This document shows, in pieces, positions 1 through 10,029 of a stretch of DNA of 32,243 bases. Where the stretch lies: positions 1-32,243 of the forward strand of contig JANPEF010000012.1 in the NCBI GenBank assembly GCA_031431875.1, given 5' to 3'. This DNA is from Candidatus Eiseniibacteriota bacterium. GTDB lineage: Bacteria; Eisenbacteria; RBG-16-71-46; DASYSL01. The position numbers were made by a program, and so were the translations under genes. The notes beneath the pieces were generated by a model. That model had not been told where the DNA came from, did not search any database, and saw nothing but the letters and a program-made list of their open reading frames with translations. Every line of letters begins with the position of its first letter. The first letter of the stretch is position 1.

Positions 1-2421
1 CCCACCCGCGTCGTCGAGGAAGAAGGCGGCCAGGCGCGGGCCGTCGATCTCGACGACCAGCGACCCGAGCGCGTTGATCGAGGTCACCATCGCGGGGTGG
101 TTGAGCGCTCCGCCCGAGACCTGCGCCGAACTTCCGGCGACGGCGAAGACCTCGCCCTCGTGGGGCGCGGCGCCAACGGTCGGCTTGGTGTAGGCGCCGT
201 CCCCGCCGGCGGCGGGATCGCCGTCGCCGGCATCGAGGATCATGGCCGGGGTCAGCGTGCCCGAGGTGCCGTAGTGCCCGTCGAGCAGGGACGAGCGCTC
301 GTAGGAATGGCTGTGCCCGGAGAGGACCAGGTCGACCCCCGCGGCCTCGAGAATGGGCAGGACATTCTCGCGCATGTCGCGCATGCGCCCGCCGCTGTCT
401 CCCACGTTGTCCGAGTCGTGCGAACCCTTGGTGTACGGCGGGTGGTGGAAGAACACGATCGTCCACGTGCGCTGGGTGGCCGCGAGGTCACCGGCCAGCC
501 AGGTGAGCATCGGGCTGCCCGGCGTGCGCAGCGAGCCCTCGGAGTCGAGGCACACGAAATGGATGTCGCCGTGGTCGAACGAGTACCACGCCTCGGTCGA
601 GGACGGCGCCCCGCCCGCCTCGCCCGCGGTGGGCAACGTGAAGAGGTCGTAGTAGTCGTTGCCGACGCCGCTGTAGAGCCCATCGTGATTGCCGCGCGTC
701 GCCCACAGGACATGGCTGCGCAGGAAGGTGGCGTAGGGCGTGAACAACCCGGCGGTGTACTCCGCATCGCTGCCGACCTGGTAGGCATTGTCGCCGAGCA
801 TGAGCCAGACGTCGGTCGGCGTGGTGCCCGTGAGCGTGGTGTACGCATCGCGCACGCTTCTCTGCGCGATGCCCGGCAGACCCGAGTCGCCGAGCACCCA
901 GATACGCGTCGGATGCGCATCGCCGGGCACCGGCGAGGTACGGAACGCGTGGCTCAAGTCGTCGCCCGCCAGCACGGCGGCCGAGGATCCCACCGCGTAC
1001 ACGTAGTTCGTCCCGGGCGTGAGCCCGGTGACCCGCACCTCGTGCTCGGTCGTGGCCACGGGATCGGTCCCCGCAAGGAGGAGCGCACCCGGCGTGGGGC
1101 CGATCCAGACACGGCTGTCGGTCGTGACGTTGGTGCGCCAGCGCACGGTGATCGCGTCGGAGCTGCCGTTCTGCAGGTAGGGGCCGCGCACGACACTGGC
1201 GGGCGCGCTGGTGGCGACGAGCTCGCCATCCCAGGCGAGGTCGCTGCTCGTGCTCGTCGTCTGGTGGACCTCGACGGCGAGCACGTTCGTGCCCTGCAGC
1301 AACTGCGGTAGCGCGGCGTTGACGTTGATCGTCTCGTAGCCGGTGGCCGCGTGATCCGCTGCGAACGTGTTGTAGAAGACCGGCCCGGCGGGAATGCCGC
1401 GGCGTGCGATCTCGATGCCGTTGAGGTAGGCGACGAATCCGTCGTCGTAGAACGCCGACAGGGTGAGCGCGGTGTACGCGGCCGGCGCATCCGGCACCTC
1501 GAAGAGGATGCGGAAGTAGCTCGTCGTATAGCGCTCGCTCTCGGTGGGGCCCATGGGAATCGTGGTGACAATGGACGGGTCGCCGAATCCCAGGGGGGCG
1601 GGCCCCGCGGGCCACGTCGTGTCGGCCGGGGACGGCGTCTTCCAGCTCCCCGCAGGGGCGGAGCCGGGCGTCGACCACCGCCACGACGCGTTGCGCGCCA
1701 CGAGCGTCGGGGCGAGCGTGCGATCCGGGACCGGGGCGGCGGCGGACGTGCGCGTCGCGGCGGCCTCGCCGGTCGCGCTCCAGCCTGCCAGCAGCATCCG
1801 GGCTTCGTCGTCGCGCCCGAGCGCGACGAGATCGCGCGCCAGTGCGTCGCGCAGCGCGCCGTCGTGCGGCAGGCGCGTGCGGGCGAAGGCGAGGCCGCGC
1901 GCGGACTCGGCGGGACCGGCATGCGCGCGGGCCACCGTGGCGCGGTCGAGGAAGACATCGGCGGTGACGCGCGGCGCGATCGCCAGCGCGCGATCGTAGG
2001 CGCCGAGCGCGTCGGCCGGGCGCGCCTGCGCCATGTCGATGCGGGCGGCGAGAAACTCGAGAGCGGCGTGGTCGGCGGCCGACAGCGCACCGCGCTCAAG
2101 GGCGGCATCCACGATCGTGCGCGCGGTAGCGAAATCGTCCCGGTCGAGGGCGAGCGCCGCGCGCGACCGGGCGACGCCAGGAGAGGCGGGGGCGAGCGCC
2201 GCGGCACGCTCGACAGCGGCCTGCGCGGCGGGGAAGTCGCGAGCCAGTCGCGCCAGCTCGGCCCGGGTGAGCCACAGGTCGACATCGTCGGGTGCGAGCG
2301 CGGTTGCGGCGGCGATCGCCTCGCGGTGGGGCGTCAGGTCGTCGTGGCCGCGGGCGGGGCCGGCCAGGAGGGCGCAGCAGAGCGATGCCGCGAGCGCGGC
2401 GTGGAAGCGGGGGGAGGTCAC
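1..2421 (-). CDS. Secreted TPR + beta-sandwich + FN3-like + purple acid phosphatase-type metallophosphoesterase fusion (3' end off window)
   Basis: Manual translation from GTG at 2421 (MTSPRFHAALAASLCCALLAGPARGHDDL...) stays open to base 1. It has a signal peptide, Ala-rich TPR-like helices, VRGPYLQ, and PAP metal motifs GDSG, GDNAY, GNHD, FFHHPPY, GHSHSYER. Not in the ORF track because no stop lies in the window. Confidence 0.9.
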   Translation of the reverse strand, partial: MTSPRFHAALAASLCCALLAGPARGHDDLTPHREAIAAATALAPDDVDLWLTRAELARLARDFPAAQAAVERAAALAPASPGVARSRAALALDRDDFATARTIVDAALERGALSAADHAALEFLAARIDMAQARPADALGAYDRALAIAPRVTADVFLDRATVARAHAGPAESARGLAFARTRLPHDGALRDALARDLVALGRDDEARMLLAGWSATGEAAATRTSAAAPVPDRTLAPTLVARNASWRWSTPGSAPAGSWKTPSPADTTWPAGPAPLGFGDPSIVTTIPMGPTESERYTTSYFRILFEVPDAPAAYTALTLSAFYDDGFVAYLNGIEIARRGIPAGPVFYNTFAADHAATGYETINVNAALPQLLQGTNVLAVEVHQTTSTSSDLAWDGELVATSAPASVVRGPYLQNGSSDAITVRWRTNVTTDSRVWIGPTPGALLLAGTDPVATTEHEVRVTGLTPGTNYVYAVGSSAAVLAGDDLSHAFRTSPVPGDAHPTRIWVLGDSGLPGIAQRSVRDAYTTLTGTTPTDVWLMLGDNAYQVGSDAEYTAGLFTPYATFLRSHVLWATRGNHDGLYSGVGNDYYDLFTLPTAGEAGGAPSSTEAWYSFDHGDIHFVCLDSEGSLRTPGSPMLTWLAGDLAATQRTWTIVFFHHPPYTKGSHDSDNVGDSGGRMRDMRENVLPILEAAGVDLVLSGHSHSYERSSLLDGHYGTSGTLTPAMILDAGDGDPAAGGDGAYTKPTVGAAPHEGEVFAVAGSSAQVSGGALNHPAMVTSINALGSLVVEIDGPRLAAFFLDDAGG

Positions 2422-2424
2422 GCG

Positions 2425-2856
2425 CTAGTTCGGCGCGGGCGCGAGGGTGCGCCGTGCCTCTGGAGAGCCGGCCGCAGGTTTCCCGCCTTCAGGCTTGGCG
2501 GCGTCGGGTTTCCTCGCGAAGGTCTTCATGTAGGCGATCACGTCCTCGATCTCCTGCGGTTTGAGGATACCCTTCCAGGCGATCATGCCCGACTTCACCA
2601 CGCCCTTGTTGATGGTCTCGCGCACCTGCGCGTCGGTTCGCGTGTCCCAGAACCTGGGGTCGCGGAAGTCGCGCGAGGGATTGCCGGTGGCCGTCAGCTT
2701 CTTGCCGCCGGAACCGTCCGCGTTGTGGCAGACCATGCAGTTCTTCATGAAGACGCCCTTGCCCTTGGCCGGATCGCCCTTGCCCTGGGCCAGGGACAGG
2801 CCGGGCAGGAGCAGAAGCAGAAGGGCACACAGGGCGACGGTGGCCGGACGCAGCAT
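2425..2856 (-). CDS. Periplasmic class I monoheme cytochrome c (c6/c553-like)
   Basis: Signal peptide, GDPAKGK, one CMVCH motif and distal Met in SGMIAW. ATG 2856 is preceded by GGAG. Confidence 0.9.
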   Translation of the reverse strand: MLRPATVALCALLLLLLPGLSLAQGKGDPAKGKGVFMKNCMVCHNADGSGGKKLTATGNPSRDFRDPRFWDTRTDAQVRETINKGVVKSGMIAWKGILKPQEIEDVIAYMKTFARKPDAAKPEGGKPAAGSPEARRTLAPAPN

Positions 2857-2960
2857 CAAGGATCTCCAGGGCGGCGGGGGTGATCGACTCCCACAAGGAT
2901 AGCGGTCGCGGCGCACGCGGGCAACCGCTGCCGTGGTGGGCGACGGCCGTGCGGCACGCG

Positions 2961-2990
2961 TTGACGCTGCCCGTCGCGCCGTGCTAGATT
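2961..2990 (+). promoter_or_regulatory. Putative sigma70 promoter of the EF-G2/ruv operon
   Basis: TTGACG (2961-2966), 18-nt spacer, extended -10 TGcTAGATT (2982-2990). Confidence 0.6.
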
Positions 2991-3111
2991 GCATTGCTTT
3001 CACAGGTTAGGCGCGTCCCCCGCCTGCCGCAGCGACCGTCGCCGGCGACCCGGAGACGCCCCCGGGCCCCCGCATTCCAGTGCGTCCGCACGCCCGCCCG
3101 GGAGGTGCCGC

Positions 3112-5208
3112 TTGAAAGAGTTCACCACCAACCAGATCCGCAACATCGCACTCTTCTCCCACGGCGGCGCGGGCAAGACCTCGCTCGCTGAGGCGATGTT
3201 GTTCTGCGCCAAGGCCTCGAATCGCCTCGGCAAGGTCGAGGACGGCACCACGGTGCTCGACCACCAGCCCGACGAGATCCACCGCAAGATCACGATCAAC
3301 CTGGCGCTCGCGCAGTTCGAGTGGAAGGGCGTGAAGATCAACCTGATCGACACGCCTGGCTACGCGGACTTCGTCGGCGAGGTTTACTCGGCGGAGCGCG
3401 CGGTGGACGCCGCGGTGCTCGTGTTGCGCGCGTCGGCCGGCGTGGAGGTGGGCACCGAGATCGTGTGGGAGAACATCCACGAGCACAAGATCCCCACGCT
3501 CGTGGTCGTCAACCAGATGGATCGCGAGCATGCGGACTTCGTGAAGGCGGTGCAGAGCGCGCACGATCGCCTGGGCGCCAACGTCGTGCCCGTGCAGCTG
3601 CCGATCGGCTCGGCCGACACGTTCCGTGGCGTCGTCGACCTGCTGCACATGAAGGCCTACGTGACGCAGGGCAGGGGAGTCGAGGCGAAGGACGTCGAGC
3701 AGGAGATCCCGGCCGACATGCTCGAGGCCGCGACGGCTGCGCGCAATGTCCTCGTCGAGGAGGCCGCGTCGAACGACGAGGCCCTCATGCAGAAGTTCTT
3801 CGACGGCGTGCCGCTGACCGAGGACGAGGTGATCCACGGGCTCGAGAAGGGCGTCGCCAGCGGGAAGCTGATCCCGGCGTTCGCCGCCTCGGCGACGACG
3901 CTCATCGGCGTGCGGGACGTGCTCGACGACATGGTCGGGCTGATTCCGCCCCCCGACGAGCATCCCGAGGAAGTCGGCGTGAAGCCCGGCACGGAGGACG
4001 CCGAGGCGCGGCACCCCGACGTGAATGAACCGTTCTCGGCCGTCATCTTCAAGACGATGAGCGAGGCGCACCTGGGCGAACTGTCGGTGTTCCGCGTGTT
4101 CTCGGGATCGGTGCAGGCGGGCGACGACGTGCTCAATGCGACGACGGGCCGGCCCGAGCGCGTCGGCACGCTCTACAACCTGGTGGGCAAGGAGCGCAAG
4201 GAGGCGGGCCGTGTGGTCGCGGGCGACATCGCGGCGGCGGTTAAGCTCAAGGACTCGCACACCGGGAACACGCTGTGTGACAAGGCACACCCGGTGGTGC
4301 TCGCGGGCGTCGAGATCCCGCGTCCGGTCGTGGCCGAGGGCCTCAGGCCCAGGTCGAAGGGCGACGAGGAGAAGATCGGCGTCGCGCTGCAGAAGCTGCA
4401 CGAAGAGGATCCGGCGCTGGCGATGGTGATCGAGCCGTCGACGCACGAGACGCTCCTGTGCGGCATGGGCGACCTGCATCTCGACATCGCCGTCGAGCGG
4501 CTCAAGTCGCGCTATCACGTCGAGGTCGAGCTGTTCCGGCCGCACGTGCCGTACCGCGAGACGATCCGCAAGATCGCGCAGGGTGAGTACCGCCACAAGA
4601 AGCAGACCGGCGGACGCGGCCAGTTCGGAGAGGTGCACATGCGGTTGGAGCCGAACCCGGGGAATGGGTATCAGTTCCTCAACGAGATCAAGGGCGGCGT
4701 CGTGCCGACGCAATATATCCCGGCGGTCGACAAGGGCATCCAGGAGGCGCTGCACGCGGGCCCCCTGGCGGGCTACCCGGTCGTCGACATCAAGGCGGCG
4801 CTGTTCTTCGGCAAGTTCCACGACGTCGACTCGTCGGAAATGGCGTTCAAGATCGCAGCCCTCCAGTGCTTCCGCGAGGTCGCCTTGCAAGCCGGGCCGG
4901 CGCTGCTCGAGCCGATCAACGAGATCGAGGTGCGCATCCCCGAGGAGTTCATGGGCGACGTCATGGGCGACCTGTCGTCGAAGCGCGGCAAGATCCTCGG
5001 CATGGAGACCGACGGCCACGCCCAGCGCATCAAGGCGCTGGTGCCGCAGTCGGAGCTCTACAAGTACGCCACCCACCTGCGCGCGCTGACGCAGGGCCGC
5101 GGCACCTACCGCATGAAGTTCGATCACTACGACGAGGTGCCGCGCGAGCTGGCCGACAAGGTCGTCGCCGCCGCCAAGGCCGAGCGCGAAGCCGAGGCCA
5201 AGGCCTAG
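3112..5208 (+). CDS. fusA: Elongation factor G paralog (EF-G2 type)
   Basis: TTG start after GGAGG (3101-3105). Motifs IRNIAL, HGGAGKT, RKITI, DTPGY, NQMD, KKQTGGRGQFG, HDVDSSE, LLEP, LRALTQGRG. Not in an rpsL-rpsG-tuf context. Confidence 0.92.
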   Translation: MKEFTTNQIRNIALFSHGGAGKTSLAEAMLFCAKASNRLGKVEDGTTVLDHQPDEIHRKITINLALAQFEWKGVKINLIDTPGYADFVGEVYSAERAVDAAVLVLRASAGVEVGTEIVWENIHEHKIPTLVVVNQMDREHADFVKAVQSAHDRLGANVVPVQLPIGSADTFRGVVDLLHMKAYVTQGRGVEAKDVEQEIPADMLEAATAARNVLVEEAASNDEALMQKFFDGVPLTEDEVIHGLEKGVASGKLIPAFAASATTLIGVRDVLDDMVGLIPPPDEHPEEVGVKPGTEDAEARHPDVNEPFSAVIFKTMSEAHLGELSVFRVFSGSVQAGDDVLNATTGRPERVGTLYNLVGKERKEAGRVVAGDIAAAVKLKDSHTGNTLCDKAHPVVLAGVEIPRPVVAEGLRPRSKGDEEKIGVALQKLHEEDPALAMVIEPSTHETLLCGMGDLHLDIAVERLKSRYHVEVELFRPHVPYRETIRKIAQGEYRHKKQTGGRGQFGEVHMRLEPNPGNGYQFLNEIKGGVVPTQYIPAVDKGIQEALHAGPLAGYPVVDIKAALFFGKFHDVDSSEMAFKIAALQCFREVALQAGPALLEPINEIEVRIPEEFMGDVMGDLSSKRGKILGMETDGHAQRIKALVPQSELYKYATHLRALTQGRGTYRMKFDHYDEVPRELADKVVAAAKAEREAEAKA

Positions 5209-5238
5209 CGTGTGCTCCCCGTGCGCCAGGGAGGCGCG

Positions 5239-5838
5239 ATGATCGTCCTCGGCATCGATCCCGGCAGCCGCTTCACCGGCTGGGGCGTCGTGCGTGTCGT
5301 TGGCGCAGACGTCACGCCGGTGGCGCACGGCGTGATCGCCGCCGGCGCGGGCACGCTGCCCGACCGGCTGGTCGTGCTGGGCCGCGGGATCTCGGCCGTG
5401 CTCGACGAACACGGGCCGGCACTGGTTGGCGTCGAGCAGGCGTTCCACGCCAAGAACGTGCGCTCCACGCTGGTGCTGGGCCACGTGCGCGGGCTCGTCC
5501 TGTGGCTCGTCGCCGGGCGTGGCATCGCGATCGGCGAGTACGCGCCGCGCGCCGTCAAGCTCGCGGTCACCGGCAACGGTGCCGCGTCGAAGCCGCAGGT
5601 CGCCGCGATGGTGCAGCGCCTGCTCGCGCTGCCTTCGGTGCCGGCGGCGGATGCTGCCGATGCGCTCGCGGTCGCGCTGTGCGGCGTGCGGCGTGCGGTG
5701 GGGGCGGCGCGGATGAGCGCGGCTTCGGGCGCGGCGGGCGTCGGGGCCGGGGCGGCTCTGACGCGCACGGCGCGCAGCGTCGGCGGCGAGGTGATCGACC
5801 TGTCCCGTGCGTTCGCGCGCGCGCGGCGAGCCCGATGA
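5239..5838 (+). CDS. ruvC: Holliday junction resolvase RuvC
   Basis: LGIDPG, GVEQAF, KLAVTGNGAASKPQV, DAADALAVA. ATG after GGAGG. Confidence 0.95.
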   Translation: MIVLGIDPGSRFTGWGVVRVVGADVTPVAHGVIAAGAGTLPDRLVVLGRGISAVLDEHGPALVGVEQAFHAKNVRSTLVLGHVRGLVLWLVAGRGIAIGEYAPRAVKLAVTGNGAASKPQVAAMVQRLLALPSVPAADAADALAVALCGVRRAVGAARMSAASGAAGVGAGAALTRTARSVGGEVIDLSRAFARARRAR

Positions 5839-6527
5839 TTGCGCGGCTCGCCGGCACGCTCGTCTCGCGCGAGCCCGAGGCGTCGATCGTCGACGTGAAC
5901 GGAGTCGGCTACGCGGTCGCCCACTCGCTCCACACCTACTCGGACCTGCCGGCGGTCGGCCAGCCGGTCACGCTGCTCACGCACCTGCACGTGCGCGAGG
6001 ACGCGCTCCTGTTGTTCGGGTTCTCGACCGCGGACGAGAAGCGACTGTTCGAGCTGCTGCTCGGCGTCTCGGGCGTGGGGCCCAAGGTCGCGCTCGCGGT
6101 GCTGTCGGGGCTCGCGCCCGCGTCGTTCGCACGCGCGATCGTCGACGAGAACCTGGGGACGCTCACGCGTATCGCCGGCGTCGGGCGGAAGACCGCCGAG
6201 CGCATCGTCATCGACCTGCGCGACAAGATGCCGCCGGCGCTGGTGGCGAGCGCGGGCGGGGCGACCGCGGCGACGGACGAGCGCCCCGCGCGTGGACGGA
6301 AGAAGGGAGCGGCGGCCACGGACGACGGCCCCGCGGTCGGCCCGCTGCCCGGGCGCCTGTTCGAGGATGCGTGCGAGGCGCTGGTCGTGCTCGGCGTGAC
6401 GCGCGCCGGCGCGATCGACCAGGTGCGCCGCGCGATGGAGCAGGGGCCCGCGACGTCGGTCGAGGACCTGGTGCGCCGCGCGCTCGCCTTCAGCATCCCG
6501 AAACCCGCCGCCGCGTCCCGATCGTAG
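5835..6527 (+). CDS. ruvA: Holliday junction branch migration protein RuvA
   Basis: MIARLAG, VNGVGY, HVREDA, VSGVGPK, GVGRKTAERI. ATGA overlap with ruvC. Confidence 0.95.
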   Translation: MIARLAGTLVSREPEASIVDVNGVGYAVAHSLHTYSDLPAVGQPVTLLTHLHVREDALLLFGFSTADEKRLFELLLGVSGVGPKVALAVLSGLAPASFARAIVDENLGTLTRIAGVGRKTAERIVIDLRDKMPPALVASAGGATAATDERPARGRKKGAAATDDGPAVGPLPGRLFEDACEALVVLGVTRAGAIDQVRRAMEQGPATSVEDLVRRALAFSIPKPAAASRS

Positions 6528-6541
6528 GATAGGATGCCGGC

Positions 6542-7585
6542 ATGAGCGACGAGAAGCCCCTGGTCGACCCGTCGAACCGACTCAGTGATCCCGAACTGCA
6601 CGCCGAGGAGGCGGGGCTCGAGATGAGCCTGCGCCCGCTCGAGCTGGCCGACTTCGTCGGGCAAGCGACGGCGCGCGAGTCGCTCGGCGTGTTCCTTACC
6701 GCGGCGCGCGCGCGCGGCGAGGCAGCCGATCACGTGCTGCTGGTCGGGCCCCCGGGGCTCGGGAAGACGACGCTCGCCGGCATCCTCGCGCACGAACTGG
6801 GCGTGAAGATCACGCACACCTCGGGCCCGGTCGTCGAGCGGCCGGCCGACCTGGCGGGCCTGCTCACCAACCTCGCCGAGCGCGACGTCCTCTTCATCGA
6901 CGAGATCCACCGCCTCAATCCCGTCGTCGAGGAGTACATGTACCCGGCGATGGAGGACCTCGCACTCGACATCCTGCTCGACCGCGGCCCGTCGGCGCGC
7001 TCGGTGCGCCTGCAGCTGCCGCCGTTCACGCTGGTCGGCGCGACCACGCGCGCGGGGCTGATCACCGCGCCGTTGCGCGCGCGCTTCGGCCTCACGCTCC
7101 GTCTCGACTACTACGCGGTGCCCGAGCTGACGAAGATCGTCCGGCGCTCGGCCATGATTCTGGGCGTGGCCATCGACGATGCCGGCGCGACCGAGCTGGC
7201 GCGGCGCTCGCGCGGGACGCCGCGCGTGGCGAATCGGCTCTTGCGCCGCGTGCGCGACTTCGCGCAGGTGAAGAACGACGGCCGGCTCGATGCCGTCGCC
7301 GTCGCCGGCGCGCTCCGCCTGCTCGACGTGGACGAGCGCGGCCTCGACGACATGGATCGGCGCCTGCTGCTGGCACTGATCGAGAAGTACGACGGCGGAC
7401 CGGTGGGCATGTCCACGCTCGCGGTCGTCGTCGGCGAGGAGCCCGACACGCTCGAGGACGTCTACGAGCCGTTCCTCATCCTGGAGGGATTCCTCAAGCG
7501 CACGCAACGTGGCCGTGTGGCCACGCCGCTCGCCTACACCCACCTCGGACTCACGCCGCCCACGGACCAGGGCAAACTGTTCTAG
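6542..7585 (+). CDS. ruvB: Holliday junction DNA helicase RuvB
   Basis: [43 protein letters not shown]. Confidence 0.97.
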   Translation: MSDEKPLVDPSNRLSDPELHAEEAGLEMSLRPLELADFVGQATARESLGVFLTAARARGEAADHVLLVGPPGLGKTTLAGILAHELGVKITHTSGPVVERPADLAGLLTNLAERDVLFIDEIHRLNPVVEEYMYPAMEDLALDILLDRGPSARSVRLQLPPFTLVGATTRAGLITAPLRARFGLTLRLDYYAVPELTKIVRRSAMILGVAIDDAGATELARRSRGTPRVANRLLRRVRDFAQVKNDGRLDAVAVAGALRLLDVDERGLDDMDRRLLLALIEKYDGGPVGMSTLAVVVGEEPDTLEDVYEPFLILEGFLKRTQRGRVATPLAYTHLGLTPPTDQGKLF

Positions 7586-7617
7586 TCCCCGCAGCTCCCA
7601 TTCCACGGAGGAACACG

Positions 7618-8307
7618 ATGAAGGCACTGGGTGCGGAATTCTTCGGCACGTTCTGGCTGGTTCTCGGTGGCGTCGGCAGCGCGGTTCTGGCCGGCGCATT
7701 TCCCGAACTCGGGATCGGCCTCCTCGGCGTGTCGCTCGCATTCGGCCTCACCGTGCTCACCATGGCATACGCCGTCGGTCACATCTCGGGCGGGCACTTC
7801 AATCCCGCGGTGACGGTCGGCCTGTGGGCGGGCGGACGCTTCCCGATGGCGAAGATCGGGCCCTACGTGATCGCCCAGGTGCTGGGTGCCATCGCGGCCG
7901 GCGGCGTGCTGTTCGTGATCGCCAGCGGCACGGCGGGCTTCGACGTGTCGAAGGGCTTCGGCTCGAACGGCTACGGCGCGCACTCGCTCGGTGGCTACTC
8001 GATGATGGCCGGCCTCGTCTGCGAGATCGTGATGACCGCGATGTTCCTGGTCGTGATCCTGGGCGTCACCTCGAAGCGCGCGCCGGCCGGGTTTGCACCG
8101 CTGGCGATCGGCCTGTGCCTCACGCTCATCCACCTGATCAGCATCCCGGTGACGCAGACGTCGGTGAACCCGGCGCGCAGCACGGGTGTGGCGGTGTTCG
8201 TGGGCGGCTGGGCGATCGAGCAGCTGTGGATGTTCTGGGTCGCCCCGATCGTCGGCGCGCTGCTGGGCGCGGGCATCCACCGCTTCCTCGGGCGGGAGGA
8301 AGGCTGA
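7618..8307 (+). CDS. aqpZ: Aquaporin Z
   Basis: [21 protein letters not shown] and SVNPARS (two NPA motifs), [21 protein letters not shown]. Confidence 0.95.
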   Translation: MKALGAEFFGTFWLVLGGVGSAVLAGAFPELGIGLLGVSLAFGLTVLTMAYAVGHISGGHFNPAVTVGLWAGGRFPMAKIGPYVIAQVLGAIAAGGVLFVIASGTAGFDVSKGFGSNGYGAHSLGGYSMMAGLVCEIVMTAMFLVVILGVTSKRAPAGFAPLAIGLCLTLIHLISIPVTQTSVNPARSTGVAVFVGGWAIEQLWMFWVAPIVGALLGAGIHRFLGREEG

Positions 8308-9374
8308 CGGATTCGGCGCTCCGCACCTCGGATTTCGATTTCGCGCTTCCCGAGCGCCTGATCGCCCAGTCGCCCCCGGAGCATCGCGAGGACGCGCGCC
8401 TCATGGTGCTCGACCGACGCACGGGGGCGACCACGATCGGGCGCTTTCCCGATCTCGTCGACCTGCTGCGCGAAGGCGACGTGCTGGCGCTCAACGAGAC
8501 GCGCGTGATCCCCGCGCGCCTGTTCGCCGAGCGTCCCGAGACCGGCGGCAAGATCGAGATCCTGCTCGTGCGCCCCGGCGACGACGGCGCGTGGTGGGCG
8601 ATGGCCCGACCCGGACGGTCGCTGCAACCCGGGCGGAACGTGCGCGTCGTGCCCGGCGGGGCGCTCCTGACCGTGCGCGCTGCCGAGGGCGGGCTGTACG
8701 CGCTCGCGATCGCCTCGGGTGCGGAGGACTGGACCTCGCTGCTCGAGGCGAATGGCCACGTGCCCCTTCCGCCGTACATTCGTCGCGCAGACACCACGGC
8801 CGACCGCGAGCGCTACCAGACCGTGTTCGCCCGCGTGCCCGGGGCGATCGCTGCGCCGACGGCGGGGCTCCACTTCACGCCCGAGCTGCTCGCCGCCGCC
8901 GCCGCGAAGGGCGTGACGACCGCGCGCGTGGTGCTGCACGTGGGGCCCGGCACGTTCAAGCCGGTCACCGTCGAGAATCCGCACGCGCACGCGCTCGATC
9001 CCGAGTGGTACGAGATCCCGGAGGCCGCGGCGGCTGCGTTGCGTGCGGCGCGCGGCAAGGGTGGGCGCGTGATCGCGGTCGGCACGACGGTGACGCGCAC
9101 GCTCGAGACCGGGGCTTCGCTGCTGGACGATGCGGCCCGCGCCGCAGGCGAGATCGTGGCCGCCGGAAGCGGCTGGACCGGCCGCCTGATCGCTCCGCCG
9201 TACACCTTTGGTGCTGTCGACGCGCTGGTGACGAACTTCCACCTGCCGAAGTCGTCGCTGCTGTTCCTGGTGTCGGCGCTGGCGGGGCGCGAGCACGTGC
9301 TCGCGGCCTACCAGCAGGCGGTCGACGAAGGCTTCCGCTTCTACTCGTACGGCGACGCGATGTTCGTGAAGTGA
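8304..9374 (+). CDS. queA: S-adenosylmethionine:tRNA ribosyltransferase-isomerase QueA (probable CTG start)
   Basis: [69 protein letters not shown]. Start codon uncertain. Confidence 0.93.
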   Translation: MTDSALRTSDFDFALPERLIAQSPPEHREDARLMVLDRRTGATTIGRFPDLVDLLREGDVLALNETRVIPARLFAERPETGGKIEILLVRPGDDGAWWAMARPGRSLQPGRNVRVVPGGALLTVRAAEGGLYALAIASGAEDWTSLLEANGHVPLPPYIRRADTTADRERYQTVFARVPGAIAAPTAGLHFTPELLAAAAAKGVTTARVVLHVGPGTFKPVTVENPHAHALDPEWYEIPEAAAAALRAARGKGGRVIAVGTTVTRTLETGASLLDDAARAAGEIVAAGSGWTGRLIAPPYTFGAVDALVTNFHLPKSSLLFLVSALAGREHVLAAYQQAVDEGFRFYSYGDAMFVK

Positions 9375-9387
9375 GAAGGGGGGCTCC

Positions 9388-10029
9388 GTGAAGCATCGTT
9401 CCGTCCTGGCCGCAGGCCTCGTTGCGGTGGCGCTGCTCGCCGCTGCAGGTTGCACGAGCCGATCCGCGGAACGGCTCGGCGCAGGGGATTCCAGCGCCGT
9501 GTCCGCCAAGATCGCCACCGTCGCAGGGATCCCCGACTCGCTGTTGATCCTTCCGGGCCGGATCGGCCGGATCGAACTCGGCATGACGATCGCGCAGGCG
9601 CGGGGAGCGATTCCCTTGGCGACGTTCGAGCGAACGTCGGACGGCGACGGCGCGGCGCTCGTGGCGGTGACGCTCGGCCACGACGCGGCGCTGACGCTGT
9701 TCGCCGGCGAGGAAGATCGCTCGGCGCCGATCGACGAGTCGAAACGGATCGAGTTCATTGAAGCGCACAGCTCCGCGTTCCGAACGCCCGAGGGCATTCA
9801 CCCCGGCGCCCTGATCCCGGACGTCGAGCGTACCTACGGGCGCACGATGCGGATCGTCCGCTCCGAGATCGAGTCGCGCCAGTTCATCGAGTTCGAGCAC
9901 TCCCCCCTGGCCTACGTCTTCCGGCTGAACGACACGGGCGACTTCCCGGAGGGGAGCCGGGAGACCACGAAGTACACCCCTGGCGCAGCGATCCACTCGA
10001 TCTCGATTTCCGGCAGGGGCCGGGAATGA
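9388..10029 (+). CDS. Hypothetical lipoprotein
   Basis: GTG start, signal peptide with lipobox LAAAGC, ATGA overlap with the next gene. Confidence 0.75.
   Translation: MKHRSVLAAGLVAVALLAAAGCTSRSAERLGAGDSSAVSAKIATVAGIPDSLLILPGRIGRIELGMTIAQARGAIPLATFERTSDGDGAALVAVTLGHDAALTLFAGEEDRSAPIDESKRIEFIEAHSSAFRTPEGIHPGALIPDVERTYGRTMRIVRSEIESRQFIEFEHSPLAYVFRLNDTGDFPEGSRETTKYTPGAAIHSISISGRGRE

Noticed and set aside
2882..2909. GATCGACTCCC resembling one palindrome arm
   Set aside because: No matching right arm at 6-nt spacing
3007..5484. Long antisense ORFs (825 aa here; also 20480-22969, 1351-2883, 22821-24479, 29969-31630, 28794-30068)
   Set aside because: Shadow frames of well-supported genes in high-GC DNA, with no recognisable motifs
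7509..8303. Track N-terminal extensions of QueA (also NrfA from 18216, RuvA from 4866, TauE from 26256, LeuB from 30824)
   Set aside because: They overlap upstream genes out of frame. Real starts were placed using RBS, stop/start overlaps and family N-termini.
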